A stretch of DNA of 62,540 nucleotides, the filler included, from the NCBI GenBank assembly GCA_964501035.1. It is 11 parts of 11 records of this genome, joined end to end, with 100 filler letters (N's around TTAATTAATTAA, not from the genome) between each part and the next. Parts side by side here need not be neighbours in the genome. Positions count along the whole stretch, not along the records: positions 6,321 to 12,430 come from CAZCRK010000076.1; positions 12,531 to 18,536 come from CAZCRK010000077.1; positions 18,637 to 24,620 come from CAZCRK010000078.1; 8 more parts are not named here. One strand, written 5' to 3'. Under the pieces are notes generated by a model. The model did no database searches. It saw only the letters and a list, made by a program, of their open reading frames with translations, and was not told the origin of the DNA. Position 1 is the first letter of the stretch. Every line of letters begins with the position of its first letter. This document shows positions 9,824 to 19,946 of the stretch, piece by piece. The position numbers and the translations under genes were made by a program.

Positions 9824-12211
9824 TTAATTAATGATTGATTCTACAATCAAAACAATATCAGCAATATTGATAATACCATCGGAATAAACATCGGCTAATA
9901 TTATTTGATCAGATGTGAGTACCATATCAGAAGATAGAATATGATCAATCACCAAAATAATATCTTGAACATTTATAGTATAGTTTTGATTAACATCACC
10001 ATATTCTACATCAGTTAACCTCATGATATTAAAAGAACCAGGTTGCCAATTATTGTTACCCTCAAGAATAATTAACGGTTTTGTATTGTTTGTTTGTGAA
10101 TCTAAAATTTCAAATGTAACTGTATCTTCAATTTGACAATAATTTTCTGAATAGAATAAACCATCATCACCCATTGCAGGAACATCGGTATATTCACCAT
10201 TCCAAAATCTATATCCAACTAAATTACCATTACAATATGCGCATATAACTTCATCTGAATTTAAATCTTGACCATTACTAATTGTATTTTCAATCATAAA
10301 AAAAGATTGTTGCGTGGATTGATTAACAATTAAATCATCGCGTGTTCTAACATTATTTATTGGAACGTGATTATCTCTTACAGAAGTAGGAGAATTAAAC
10401 TCGAAACTAAACTCACTTTCAGACACAAACCAATACCCTTTACTTGGTTCAAATGTTTGTAAACTTCCATACCAATTGCCATCAATTTTTAACAATGCTA
10501 TTCCTTCCGAATATATAGCAGATAAATTTTCAAATACCGTTTCATCAAGGACGTCAAAAATCAACTGATTTGAATTAAATGGATATGAAATTAAATTCCC
10601 AGAAAGGTGAAGATTATACATGGGTGATTGTAGGACAGAACCCTGTAGTGTAAAGTTAGTAGGTTCAGATAAAATGCACCAATAACCAGAAGTATTTGAA
10701 ATATTTGTTAGCCTTCCCATCCAATTTCCACCATTCAAGTTGAGAGCAACCTCAGACTCACCTATTAACTGCATAATTGTATTATCAACTTCAGAAAAAA
10801 CATCACTAATCAGTGAATTTTCAAGCACAATATTAAAACTTATCAAATTTGCACCTTCATCTAATTGAAAATTCAAAAATTGACAATCATTTAGGGGGTC
10901 ATCATCGCATTCACCACATTCATCCGAATATCCACTTCCAAAGCAAACACCACACGCATCCATATCTGCATTATTTCCAAAACAAACACCGCAATTATCA
11001 GGCAATTCATCACCGCCCCAAACTCCATTGCAATCTTGGAATATTGGATTATTATTCCAAAACACTTCTAATTCATACGAATCATCGGGAAAATACTCAG
11101 AAATAAAAATTTCATACGCATTTAAAAAAGGATACATTTTTTCTAAATCACTAAAAGAAAATGATGCACCTATTGGATACAAGTTACTTGAGTTGAATCC
11201 TAAATTGTCTGGAATTATTGTATCCAAATCGATATCCAAATTCATATCTAAAATAATTTGATTAATATCAATTGATGGAACTATAACTGACCCATGATCT
11301 TGATTAACTTCAATTTCTACTTCATCACTGTATGGTGAAAAATATCCATTAAATGTTGGAATATCTACATTTGAAAAATTGTTTGAATTAATTACCCCTT
11401 CACAAAAACCAATCATTGAACCTATTGTAACATTGCCAAATGAATTATTATCTATCAATAAATTGCCATTTAGAACACCGAAAATACCTGCTGATACTTC
11501 ATACTCTTGATATAAATCAATGTGTAACAAATTACTCCAATAATCTGCATCCCAATCCAATTCATTCATACCATCTAATTCTAAACTTAAAATATATTCT
11601 GCAAGGTCAGATGGTGAAAAAACAATATTGTATAAATCATGGATATTGTTTCCAGAAATTGTAACATTAGAAACAAATTCACTTATTGAAATTCCGAATA
11701 ATCTTACATCATAGATTTCATTATTTAGAATAGAAATATCTGATGGAGTACCTTCTTGTGCAAACCCTGAACCATCTCCATAAATTAATATTCCATAACT
11801 TGCTGGCGAGGAGTTTGACGCATTGGGTAGTTTCATACCATGTATTACATTATTGGATAATGTTACAAAACGTGAACCTGGAGAACACGAAATTCCGTAA
11901 GAGGTTTGGTTATCACCAATTATCTCAAAACCATCTATCAATACATTTTGAGCAGAAATGTTAATTCCGCCATAAAACCCCGACGCATCCAAAAACGTTT
12001 CATCAGAAGCTAATAATGTCAATGGGGTATTGATTGAAATTGATTCAGCATACAGTCCACTTGAAACTAAAATACTATCATCAGAATTAGCATTTATAAC
12101 GGCTTCACTAATTGTAGAATAGAACGTATTTTGTGTAATGTTTTGAACATGTTGAGCATTTAGACTAAATCCAAAAATTAGCACGCATGTAAATATCAGT
12201 TTAAGCTTCAT
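9824..12211 (-). CDS. Secreted protein: right-handed beta-helix, DCxGxCxG Cys-rich repeats, GxNLIS repeats, C-terminal dockerin-like motif
   Basis: Signal peptide from ATG 12211 (MKLKLIFTCVLIFGFSLNA); STISEAV..GLYAESI beta-helix start; GDVNQNYTINVQDII..ADVYSDGIINIADIV. Confidence 0.8.
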   Translation of the reverse strand: MKLKLIFTCVLIFGFSLNAQHVQNITQNTFYSTISEAVINANSDDSILVSSGLYAESISINTPLTLLASDETFLDASGFYGGINISAQNVLIDGFEIIGDNQTSYGISCSPGSRFVTLSNNVIHGMKLPNASNSSPASYGILIYGDGSGFAQEGTPSDISILNNEIYDVRLFGISISEFVSNVTISGNNIHDLYNIVFSPSDLAEYILSLELDGMNELDWDADYWSNLLHIDLYQEYEVSAGIFGVLNGNLLIDNNSFGNVTIGSMIGFCEGVINSNNFSNVDIPTFNGYFSPYSDEVEIEVNQDHGSVIVPSIDINQIILDMNLDIDLDTIIPDNLGFNSSNLYPIGASFSFSDLEKMYPFLNAYEIFISEYFPDDSYELEVFWNNNPIFQDCNGVWGGDELPDNCGVCFGNNADMDACGVCFGSGYSDECGECDDDPLNDCQFLNFQLDEGANLISFNIVLENSLISDVFSEVDNTIMQLIGESEVALNLNGGNWMGRLTNISNTSGYWCILSEPTNFTLQGSVLQSPMYNLHLSGNLISYPFNSNQLIFDVLDETVFENLSAIYSEGIALLKIDGNWYGSLQTFEPSKGYWFVSESEFSFEFNSPTSVRDNHVPINNVRTRDDLIVNQSTQQSFFMIENTISNGQDLNSDEVICAYCNGNLVGYRFWNGEYTDVPAMGDDGLFYSENYCQIEDTVTFEILDSQTNNTKPLIILEGNNNWQPGSFNIMRLTDVEYGDVNQNYTINVQDIILVIDHILSSDMVLTSDQIILADVYSDGIINIADIVLIVESIIN

Positions 12212-12394
12212 TTTTTTGTATCCATTAACCCTAGCTAATTTACGATAAAACAACTCAAATTCAGCACTGTTTAATATCTCACTTTCGTTAATGTGATAAA
12301 TATCACAACAAGAATAATTATTATTGGACTATATATTGTTTGCATACCAAAACTATATACCCCTAATTTTCTTAGCTATTTTTTAGATGATATT

Positions 12395-12430
12395 CGAGGT
12401 GTAGCGTAGTCCGGTTAGCGCACCTGCTTT
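12395..12430 (+). tRNA. tRNA-Pro (probably TGG), 5' half, truncated by scaffold end
   Basis: CGAGGTGTAGCGTAGTCCGGTTAGCGCACCTGCTTT matches the bacterial tRNA-Pro acceptor, D arm and start of the anticodon arm; anticodon is cut off. Confidence 0.8.
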
Positions 12431-12532
12431 NNNNNNNNNNNNNNNNNNNNNNNNNNNNNNNNNNNNNNNNNNNNTTAATTAATTAANNNNNNNNNNNNNN
12501 NNNNNNNNNNNNNNNNNNNNNNNNNNNNNNCT

Positions 12533-12949
12533 TGGGAACTAGTTAGGGCTATTGATACAACATGGGGAGCACAATCCGGTATTTTCTACAAAGAATTATT
12601 CACTATTGCTCCAGGAGCTTTATAGATGTTTTCCTTCAGAGATGAACCAGATGTGTATAATAGTAAAATGCTAAGGGATTAAGGTGCCAAAACATTCGGT
12701 GTAATAGATGATGGAATCAAAAATTTAGATAACCTTGCGGTGGTTGTAGAACCTCTTAAAAAACTTGGATTATATCACAAAAAGAAAAACGTTGAACTAG
12801 TACATTATGATGTGGTTGGACAAGCTTTGATGAATACTCTTAAAATTGCTTTGGGAGATAAACTAACTCCAGAACTAAAGGAGTTATGGGGAGCGATTTA
12901 TACTATTGTTATGGGTGTTATGACAGAAGGTCTTTACAATGAAGAGTGA
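12533..12949 (+). CDS. Single-domain globin, eukaryotic, genetic code 6 (TAA/TAG=Gln), 5' truncated
   Basis: WELVRAID..IFYKELFTIAPGAL[TAG]MFSF..MLRD[TAA]GAKTF..LKKLGLYH..HYDVVGQALMNTL..TPELKELWGAIY; ends at TGA. Confidence 0.85.
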
Positions 12950-13280
12950 AACTAAGAATGATAATTATTTACTTATTTCATATTTATGAATATTTAATTT
13001 CTTAAAATTTGGAAAATTTAATTAAAAAAAATATTTTTTACAATAATATTTTTTTATCTTAAATTTTTTGAAAATAAAATAAAATAATTTTTTTATAAAA
13101 ATTTTACATTTTTACTAAGGATTTAAATAATTTTCATTTTAAATCAGAAAAAATTCAGAAAAATTTGAATTCTGGACCTAAAAATAGGTAAAAACAGTTG
13201 TAAAAGTGCGTTTATTTATTAAAATTAAACCAAATCAATTATAAATAATATATAAAACACACTAAATAAACAAACCAAAA

Positions 13281-14160
13281 ATGATCTAAATAAAAAACAT
13301 GAAATCTAAGTCCTTTAAATTGTCAAAATCGCCAATTTAATACCTAACTAGTTAGCTTATCAACACCCCATTCAAAACAAACACCGAAATTAAACACTCA
13401 AGAAGAAAATTAATTAAATCCATTAAGATGATTAATAATAAAAATGACCTAGGAATGAAGCTTCTTAAAGTTACATAAAATGCTATTAGAACTAAAAACT
13501 TAAATATTAAGAAAAGTCTGAAAGATCTAGAGGATGTTTCTTTTTCTAATAAAGATGTTAGACGTATCTTAAAATCAATTTTATTAAAAAGTCCAAGATT
13601 TCGAAAATAAAACGAAATCATGTATACCAGAAAATTCTTCTAGCATTTAAAAATTTTCAAAGACATGGAAAGATATTTAACAAAAGAACTCTGCAAAGAT
13701 CTTTACAAAGAAATATAATACGAGGAGAAATAAGCTGGTGAGGTAGTATTTTACGAAGGTGATATAGGTTAAAAGTTCTATATAATTATCAATGGAATTG
13801 TAGAAGTTTTGGAATCTACTCCTGAAACTCTTGGTAAAATTAAGTATCTTAGAACATAATTCACTCAACGCTAATACTAAAACCCTGAAGAAGAATTCGA
13901 CATCTTCGAAAACTCAAAGGTCATTAATACTCTAAAATCCAACGATTCCTTTGGTGAAATTGCACTAAGAAATAACGTTGCGAGAACCGCATCAATTAGA
14001 TGTCAAACTAAAACTCATTTGGCTGTATTTTCTAAAGAATCCTACAATAAAATTATCAATAAATACTATGATTACCTCTACAAATAAGAAATCAGAAATT
14101 TCCAGAATTTTGCTGTCTTTGAAAATTCCAACAAAGAATTCATTGAAAAGATGTTTAAAA
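13281..14160 (+). CDS. Cyclic nucleotide-binding domain protein, eukaryotic, genetic code 6, 3' truncated at chimeric junction
   Basis: About 290 codons with 13 in-frame TAA/TAG and no TGA. GEVVFYEGDIG[Q]KFYIIINGIVEV and SFGEIALRNNVARTASIRC form a cNMP-binding domain. Confidence 0.85.
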
Positions 14161-15281
14161 ACATGAATAAAGTCATCACGTATAAGGATAGGCTCTTCAA
14201 CAGGAGCATGGAGATCAAATTTCTTATTGATCCGATAACGCCCTACGGCACCAAGATCATATTTTTTAGTTGAGAAGAACATTTTTTCAATAAATTTTCG
14301 TGCAATATCTACTGTTGGGGCTTCTCCAGTTCGCAAATGTTGATATAAAAGCTGTAGTGCTTCATCCGAATTTTTTGTTGGATCTTTGCCCAACGTATTA
14401 GTCAACATTTCAACTTCCATTTGATTTGGATCTGCAATCACATGAAGTTCTTTAACTCCAGCTGCTTTTAGAGTTTCCAACAACTTATCAGAAATATTTA
14501 CACCCTGCTCGGCAATTACTTCACCAGAATTCTTGTCAACTACATCTTCTAGAATATTCTTACCAACTAATTTTTTGGTGTTTGATATTTTAACTGCCTT
14601 TGTCATTCCAAATGCTTCAAAAATATCTCTATCAGTTGAAAATCCTAAAGCTCTTAATAGTAAAGTAGCAGGAAATTTTCTACGTCGATCAATAATTGCA
14701 TAAATACAATCATAAATATCAGTGGTAAAATCAACCCAAGACCCCCTAAATGGTATTATTCTAGCTTGAAATATTTTAGTTCCATTGGGATGAAAGTTTT
14801 GATCGAAAAACACACCTGGCGATCGTTGCAACTGACTTACAATAACACGTTCAGCACCATTAATGATGAACGTACCACTTTCTGTCATAAAAGGTATATT
14901 ACCAAAAAATACATCTTGTTCAATATTTTGAACGTATTTACTTCTATCATCTTCATCAGTGATATGCAATACAAACCTTACCTTGAGCGGTAAAGTATAA
15001 GATATTCTCCTTTCTAAACATTCCTTAACGGTATATTTTGGCAAACCTAAAAAGTAATGTTTATACTCAAGTACGTAATTCCTGCGTGTATCTTCAACAG
15101 GAAACATATTTCTGAAAACGGCTTCCAAACCTTTGTTCTCACGTTTTTCTGGAAGCACATCTTCTTGTAGAAATTCTTCGAAAGATGCAAGTTGTATATC
15201 CAATAAATCTGGAATAGACAATGTTGTATCAATCTTTGAAAAACTACTTCGATTGATAGAAGAAGTGGATGTTACACCCAA
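14150..15281 (-). CDS. rpoB: RNA polymerase beta subunit, N-terminal ~375 aa, truncated by chimeric junction
   Basis: PDLLDIQLASF, GTFIINGAERVIVSQLQRSPGV, IIPFRGSW, YDLGAVGRYRINKK; TTG start with GGAGG RBS; downstream of rplL. Confidence 0.95.
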
Positions 15282-15355
15282 AGCGAGCGACCTCCTATTA
15301 AGTTATTAAACAGTTTATATGTGGTATTATTATGGATTGAAAAAGCGTCGGTTAA

Positions 15356-15733
15356 TTACTTAAGAGTAACTGATGCACCTGCTTCTTCTAATTTCTTTTT
15401 AATTTCTTCAGCTTCGTCTTTAGAAGCAGCTTCTTTAACAACAGATGGAGCACCATCAGCCATAGCTTTAGCTTCTTTCAAACCAAGTGAAGTAATTTCA
15501 CGAATCACTTTAATTACGTTTATTTTTTTCTCACCAACACCAGTCAGCTCAACATCAAATTCAGTCTTTTCTTCAGCAGCTTCAGCAACAGGAGCCGCAC
15601 CACCAGCAACAGCAACAGGAGCTGCAGCAGTTACACCAAATTTATCTTCAATATCTTTAATTAAATCAGATATTTCCAACATGTTTGCATTTTCTAAATA
15701 GGTTAATACATCTTTTCTTTTTAATTCAGCCAT
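15356..15733 (-). CDS. rplL: 50S ribosomal protein L7/L12
   Basis: [30 protein letters not shown]. Confidence 0.98.
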   Translation of the reverse strand: MAELKRKDVLTYLENANMLEISDLIKDIEDKFGVTAAAPVAVAGGAAPVAEAAEEKTEFDVELTGVGEKKINVIKVIREITSLGLKEAKAMADGAPSVVKEAASKDEAEEIKKKLEEAGASVTLK

Positions 15734-15757
15734 TTTCTTTTTCTCCTGGAATTTATC

Positions 15758-16279
15758 TTAGGATTTAGTGTTCTTTAGACTATCAAGTGTCCCCGCAAGT
15801 TTACTCATAGCACCATTTAATGTACCAGCCAATGTCGTCATAGGTTGGTTCAATGCACTTGCGAACTTTGCTAACAAAACGTCCTTAGTAGGAAGATTTG
15901 CTAATTCTTTGTATTTTTCAGGATCAAACAACTCACCTTCAAAATATAAACCAACCACCTCAAAAGCTTTATTTTCTTTAACAAAGTCTTTTAACACCCT
16001 TGCAGGAGCAGTTGGATCTTCTTTTGCATAGGCAATTCCAATTTGTCCATCTAAAATTTTATCAAACACACCTTTTTCATACCCTGCATTATCAGCAGCA
16101 ATTTTAGTTAATGTGTTTTTAGTAACTACGTATTCAATCGAATTGTCTTTGAATTTTCTTCTTAAATCAGTTGCTTGAGAAACATTCATTCCCGTGTATT
16201 TAGTGAAATAAATTCCAGAAGATTCTTTAAATCTTTTAGATGTTTCCTCAACAATTTGAATTTTTTGTGGTGTTGGCAT
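15758..16279 (-). CDS. rplJ: 50S ribosomal protein L10
   Basis: VVTKNTL, LANLPTK; operon position. Confidence 0.96.
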   Translation of the reverse strand: MPTPQKIQIVEETSKRFKESSGIYFTKYTGMNVSQATDLRRKFKDNSIEYVVTKNTLTKIAADNAGYEKGVFDKILDGQIGIAYAKEDPTAPARVLKDFVKENKAFEVVGLYFEGELFDPEKYKELANLPTKDVLLAKFASALNQPMTTLAGTLNGAMSKLAGTLDSLKNTKS

Positions 16280-16288
16280 ATTAATCCC

Positions 16289-16975
16289 TTATTGAACTAC
16301 ACTTGATTTATCAAGTTTTAAACCTGGTCCCATCGTAGATGATAAAGTGATTTTCTTTAAATAAGTCCCCTTAACTGCTGTTGGCTTTGCTTTCATGATC
16401 GCATCCATAAATGCACGAACATTATCCACAATTTGATTTTCATCAAACGATATTTTTGCCAAACCAACATGAATACCACCATCCTTATCAACACGAAATT
16501 CTATCTTACCTGCCTTAACATCTTTTACGGCTTTAGCAACATCATTCGTCACTGTGCCTGATTTTGGATTCGGCATTAATCCACGTGGACCTAAAACACG
16601 ACCCAATTTCCCTACTTCACCCATCATATCAGGAGTAGAAACGATTACATCGATTTCAGTCCAACCATCTTTAATTTTTGTAACATATTCATCAGAACCA
16701 ACATAATCAGCACCTGCATCTTCAGCAATTTTAACATTTTCACCTTTTGCAAAAACAAGCACCTTAACATCTTTACCAGTTCCATGAGGCATCGACACCG
16801 TACCTCTAACAATTTGATCTGCATGCTTTGGGTCAACACCCAAATTAACTGACAAGTCAACTGTTTCATCAAATTTTGCACAATCCATTGATTTTACAAT
16901 CGAAACTGCATTTTCAATATCATACTCTTTAAACCGGTCAACTTTTGCTAAATTATTATTATATCGTTTATTCAT
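16289..16975 (-). CDS. rplA: 50S ribosomal protein L1
   Basis: [30 protein letters not shown]. Confidence 0.98.
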   Translation of the reverse strand: MNKRYNNNLAKVDRFKEYDIENAVSIVKSMDCAKFDETVDLSVNLGVDPKHADQIVRGTVSMPHGTGKDVKVLVFAKGENVKIAEDAGADYVGSDEYVTKIKDGWTEIDVIVSTPDMMGEVGKLGRVLGPRGLMPNPKSGTVTNDVAKAVKDVKAGKIEFRVDKDGGIHVGLAKISFDENQIVDNVRAFMDAIMKAKPTAVKGTYLKKITLSSTMGPGLKLDKSSVVQ

Positions 16976-16982
16976 TTAAAAC

Positions 16983-17408
16983 CTAACCTTCTACGACAAT
17001 GCCCATGCTTCGAGCTGTTCCTTCAATCATTCTCATCGCAGCATCCACATCAAATGCATTTAAATCTGGCATTTTTAATTCAGCGATTTCTTTAACTTGA
17101 GATTTTGAAACTTTCCCAACTTTTTCTCTATTCGGCTCACCTGAACCTTTTTTCAAACCAGCAGCATCAATCAACAAAGCTGCAGCAGGTGGCGTTTTCG
17201 TAATAAAAGTAAATGACCTATCTCCAAATACCGTTATTTCAACAGGAATTATGTTTCCAGATTGCTCTTGTGTTTTAGCATTGAATGCTTTACAAAATTC
17301 CATAATATTAACACCATGCTGACCTAAAGCAGGACCAACAGGAGGTGCTGGATTTGCCTTCCCAGCTGGAATTTGAAGTTTAATAAAACCTACAACTTTT
17401 TTAGCCAT
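16983..17408 (-). CDS. rplK: 50S ribosomal protein L11
   Basis: [23 protein letters not shown]. Confidence 0.98.
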   Translation of the reverse strand: MAKKVVGFIKLQIPAGKANPAPPVGPALGQHGVNIMEFCKAFNAKTQEQSGNIIPVEITVFGDRSFTFITKTPPAAALLIDAAGLKKGSGEPNREKVGKVSKSQVKEIAELKMPDLNAFDVDAAMRMIEGTARSMGIVVEG

Positions 17409-17420
17409 TACTTATAATAC

Positions 17421-17951
17421 CTATTTTTCTAGTTCAACTTGAAAATAATCTAATTCAACCGGTGTTGGTCTTCCAAAAATGGAAACAACCACTTTCACCT
17501 TTTGCTTATCATCATTTACTTCTTCTACAAAACCAGTAAAATCAATAAAAGGTCCAGCAATAACTTTTACTGGATCATCTTTCTTAAATGGAGTCTCTAG
17601 AACTTCTCGTCCCTCTTTACGTTCTACTTCTCCAAAAATTCTTTTAATTTCATCTTCCCTTAAGGGAACAGGCAAACCGCCTTTAGGACCAACAAAATTT
17701 ATAACACCAGCTGCATTTTCCACAGCGTATTTTGTTTCCTTGTTCATATCCATATTTATCAAGATATAGCCAGGAAAAAACATTTTGTCGCGAATTCTTT
17801 TTTTATTATTTCGCATTTCAACGACTTTTTCATATGGAACAAATACTTCACCAACCAATGCACTCAATCCCATTTCTTCAACATCTCGTAAAATGTTTTC
17901 TTCTGTGTTTTTTTCTTTACCAGAAATAACTCTTAAAGAATACCATTCCAT
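17421..17951 (-). CDS. nusG: Transcription termination/antitermination factor NusG
   Basis: FFPGYILI, KOW motif GPFIDFTG, SIFGRPTPVEL. Confidence 0.98.
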   Translation of the reverse strand: MEWYSLRVISGKEKNTEENILRDVEEMGLSALVGEVFVPYEKVVEMRNNKKRIRDKMFFPGYILINMDMNKETKYAVENAAGVINFVGPKGGLPVPLREDEIKRIFGEVERKEGREVLETPFKKDDPVKVIAGPFIDFTGFVEEVNDDKQKVKVVVSIFGRPTPVELDYFQVELEK

Positions 17952-17958
17952 TATGGAA

Positions 17959-18159
17959 TTATTTACCCCCTAAAACTCGAGAAACTATTTCTGTCAACCC
18001 AAAGTCAATAGCGAATAAAAATATAGCAATCACAATTGAAAAAACACCTACCACCACAGTTGATCCAAACATTTCATTTTTAGACAACCAAGTAACACGT
18101 TTCATTTCTGTTTGTACACTATTAAAATATTCTGATATTTTTGCAAACATATTATTCAC
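17959..18159 (-). CDS. secE: Preprotein translocase subunit SecE
   Basis: EMKRVTW followed by a TM helix; between tRNA-Trp and nusG. Confidence 0.95.
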   Translation of the reverse strand: MNNMFAKISEYFNSVQTEMKRVTWLSKNEMFGSTVVVGVFSIVIAIFLFAIDFGLTEIVSRVLGGK

Positions 18160-18178
18160 ACACTCCTAAAGTAGATTG

Positions 18179-18251
18179 CAGGTGAGGTAGGACTCGAACC
18201 CACAACTCCCGGCTTTGGAGGCCGATGCTCTACCAATTGAACTACTCACCT
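18179..18251 (-). tRNA. tRNA-Trp (CCA)
   Basis: AGGTGAGTAGTTCAATTGGTAGAGCATCGGCCTCCAAAGCCGGGAGTTGTGGGTTCGAGTCCTACCTCACCTG cloverleaf; canonical position before secE. Confidence 0.97.
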
Positions 18252-18268
18252 ACTATTGAATAAAAAAA

Positions 18269-18433
18269 CTATTTAGTTTCTTTATGCAGTACATGCTTTT
18301 TACACCATCGGCAGTACTTAGTAAACTCAACTCGTTCAGGATGCAATCGCTTATTTTTTGAAGTAGTATAATTCCTACGCTTACACTCTTCGCAAGCAAG
18401 AATCACATGATTTCTTTTACTATTTCCAGCCAA
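18269..18433 (-). CDS. rpmG: 50S ribosomal protein L33 (zinc-ribbon C+ form), TTG start
   Basis: Hand translation [54 protein letters not shown]; too short for the ORF track. Confidence 0.95.
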   Translation of the reverse strand: MAGNSKRNHVILACEECKRRNYTTSKNKRLHPERVEFTKYCRWCKKHVLHKETK

Positions 18434-18444
18434 TTACTATTTCC

Positions 18445-18536
18445 TTACTCAATAATTTCAGTTACAACACCAGCACCAACTGTATGACCACCTTCACGTA
18501 TAGCAAAACGAAGCTCTTTCTCCATTGCTATTGGGG
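18445..18536 (-). CDS. tuf: Elongation factor Tu, C-terminal fragment
   Basis: PIAMEKELRFAIREGGHTVGAGVVTEIIE-stop. Confidence 0.97.
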
Positions 18537-18974
18537 NNNNNNNNNNNNNNNNNNNNNNNNNNNNNNNNNNNNNNNNNNNNTTAATTAATTAANNNNNNNN
18601 NNNNNNNNNNNNNNNNNNNNNNNNNNNNNNNNNNNNGGAATTGCGGGACCGAATTGCTGAACTGCGGCAAAAGACAGAAGGCAAAGGATAAGTCTATAAA
18701 ATTTATTCCTAGGTCTCAGTATTGATCACTGATAAATCGTTGGTGTTTGTAGAAAATCCCTAGGCTAGGTTGTGGAGGGTGTCTGACTGTGAAGAAGAAG
18801 TGGAAATTATTCACAGGAGAAGATAGGTTGGTTTTTTAGTTTTCCAAAGTTTCTTTTATATAGGAATCTACTTCTTTATATGAAAGTTTGTTAATAGAAT
18901 TAACTATCAATTTAAGCCAATAATTTCGAGTTAAAATAATAAAGAATTTTTGATTAAATCAGGAAAAAATTATA

Positions 18975-19553
18975 ATGTTTTCAATTTTAAAAGAAGGTAA
19001 ATTATTTGACTATTCAAAAAATACTATATCTATGGTAGTTGATATACTTATTGAAGTTATTGAAAAAAATGAAAATAATTCAATAAAAATTTTAGAATGC
19101 GGTTCAGGAACAGGTAATGTAACACATGAGATTGTTAAATATTTACGACCATTTGACTCAATCAATTGCGTTGAAATAAACAAGCAAAATGTATTAAAAG
19201 CTAGAAATAAATTTAAAAAAGACGGAAGAGTTACAATACATAGAATGGATTTTTGTGACTATAAACAACCATTATCATATGATTTTATATTAAATATGAT
19301 ACCTTGCAATCCTATAATTTATCCATTAGACGAAATATGGGAAAAAGTATTACATTTTAGTAAAGATCAAGGAAAAATAGTTACTTTGCCGTATTGTGGA
19401 AACATAATGAAATTAATCCCTGCAAATAAATATTATAATCAAATTTTGAAACGCTGGTTTTATTATAATAGTTTAATCAATAAATATAAGTTTTCAACTA
19501 GAACAAGTTTAATCAATATTCCCCCCTGTTATGTAATCTGTTTAAAAAAATGA
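18975..19553 (+). CDS. Class I SAM methyltransferase, phospholipid N-methyltransferase (PmtA)-like
   Basis: ILECGSGTGNVT, VEIN, and C-terminal NIPP typical of the rhizobial PmtA-like family. Confidence 0.7.
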   Translation: MFSILKEGKLFDYSKNTISMVVDILIEVIEKNENNSIKILECGSGTGNVTHEIVKYLRPFDSINCVEINKQNVLKARNKFKKDGRVTIHRMDFCDYKQPLSYDFILNMIPCNPIIYPLDEIWEKVLHFSKDQGKIVTLPYCGNIMKLIPANKYYNQILKRWFYYNSLINKYKFSTRTSLINIPPCYVICLKK

Positions 19554-19946
19554 TTAAAGTGGGCTGGATCATGATTGCTTCAAATAATGAATGGCCCTAA
19601 TCATTGACATTAGCAGTGTTTTCTTAGAATTGCGGGGTAAACAAGATTTCATGAACATTCAAAAAAAGATTTTCAAATCGATTTCTGACCAAATCAAATC
19701 CAGAATCTTGAAGTAGAAGATTCTTCTCTCCATACAAAAGGAGTAAGGAGGGAAGAATGAATAGATGTGTCATTTGGATTTCTAATTGGTTGATTTAGAA
19801 GAATCCAATATTTAATATCAATCTATTTTTTTGCAAGAATTTGTAATTTTACTTGTGAAGTGAATGATTGCAAAGAATTAGGTAGATTTACTTGCGAGAG
19901 ATGATGGGACTGATTTTCAAACTTTTCAATTGAATTAGCTTACCTT

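Noticed and set aside
13992..14150. Apparent split or short RpoB with a novel hydrophobic C-terminus
   Set aside because: The tail is the antisense of the protist gene beyond a chimeric junction.
12531..14160. Stop-codon reassignment in the bacterium or a recoded phage
   Set aside because: Bacterial genes on the same scaffold end in TAA/TAG normally; joint TAA+TAG readthrough with TGA stop matches the eukaryotic table 6 pattern.
13352..14166. ORFs 13352-13621(-), 13677-13868(-), 13978-14166(+)
   Set aside because: Shadows of the table-6 cNMP-binding gene on the plus strand.
15321..17973. Plus-strand ORFs over ribosomal protein genes and similar short antisense ORFs elsewhere
   Set aside because: Antisense shadows of well-conserved genes with no recognisable motifs.
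18290..18305. Possible frameshift in rpmG at the poly-T run
   Set aside because: Recount gives five T; the frame is intact ([11 protein letters not shown]).
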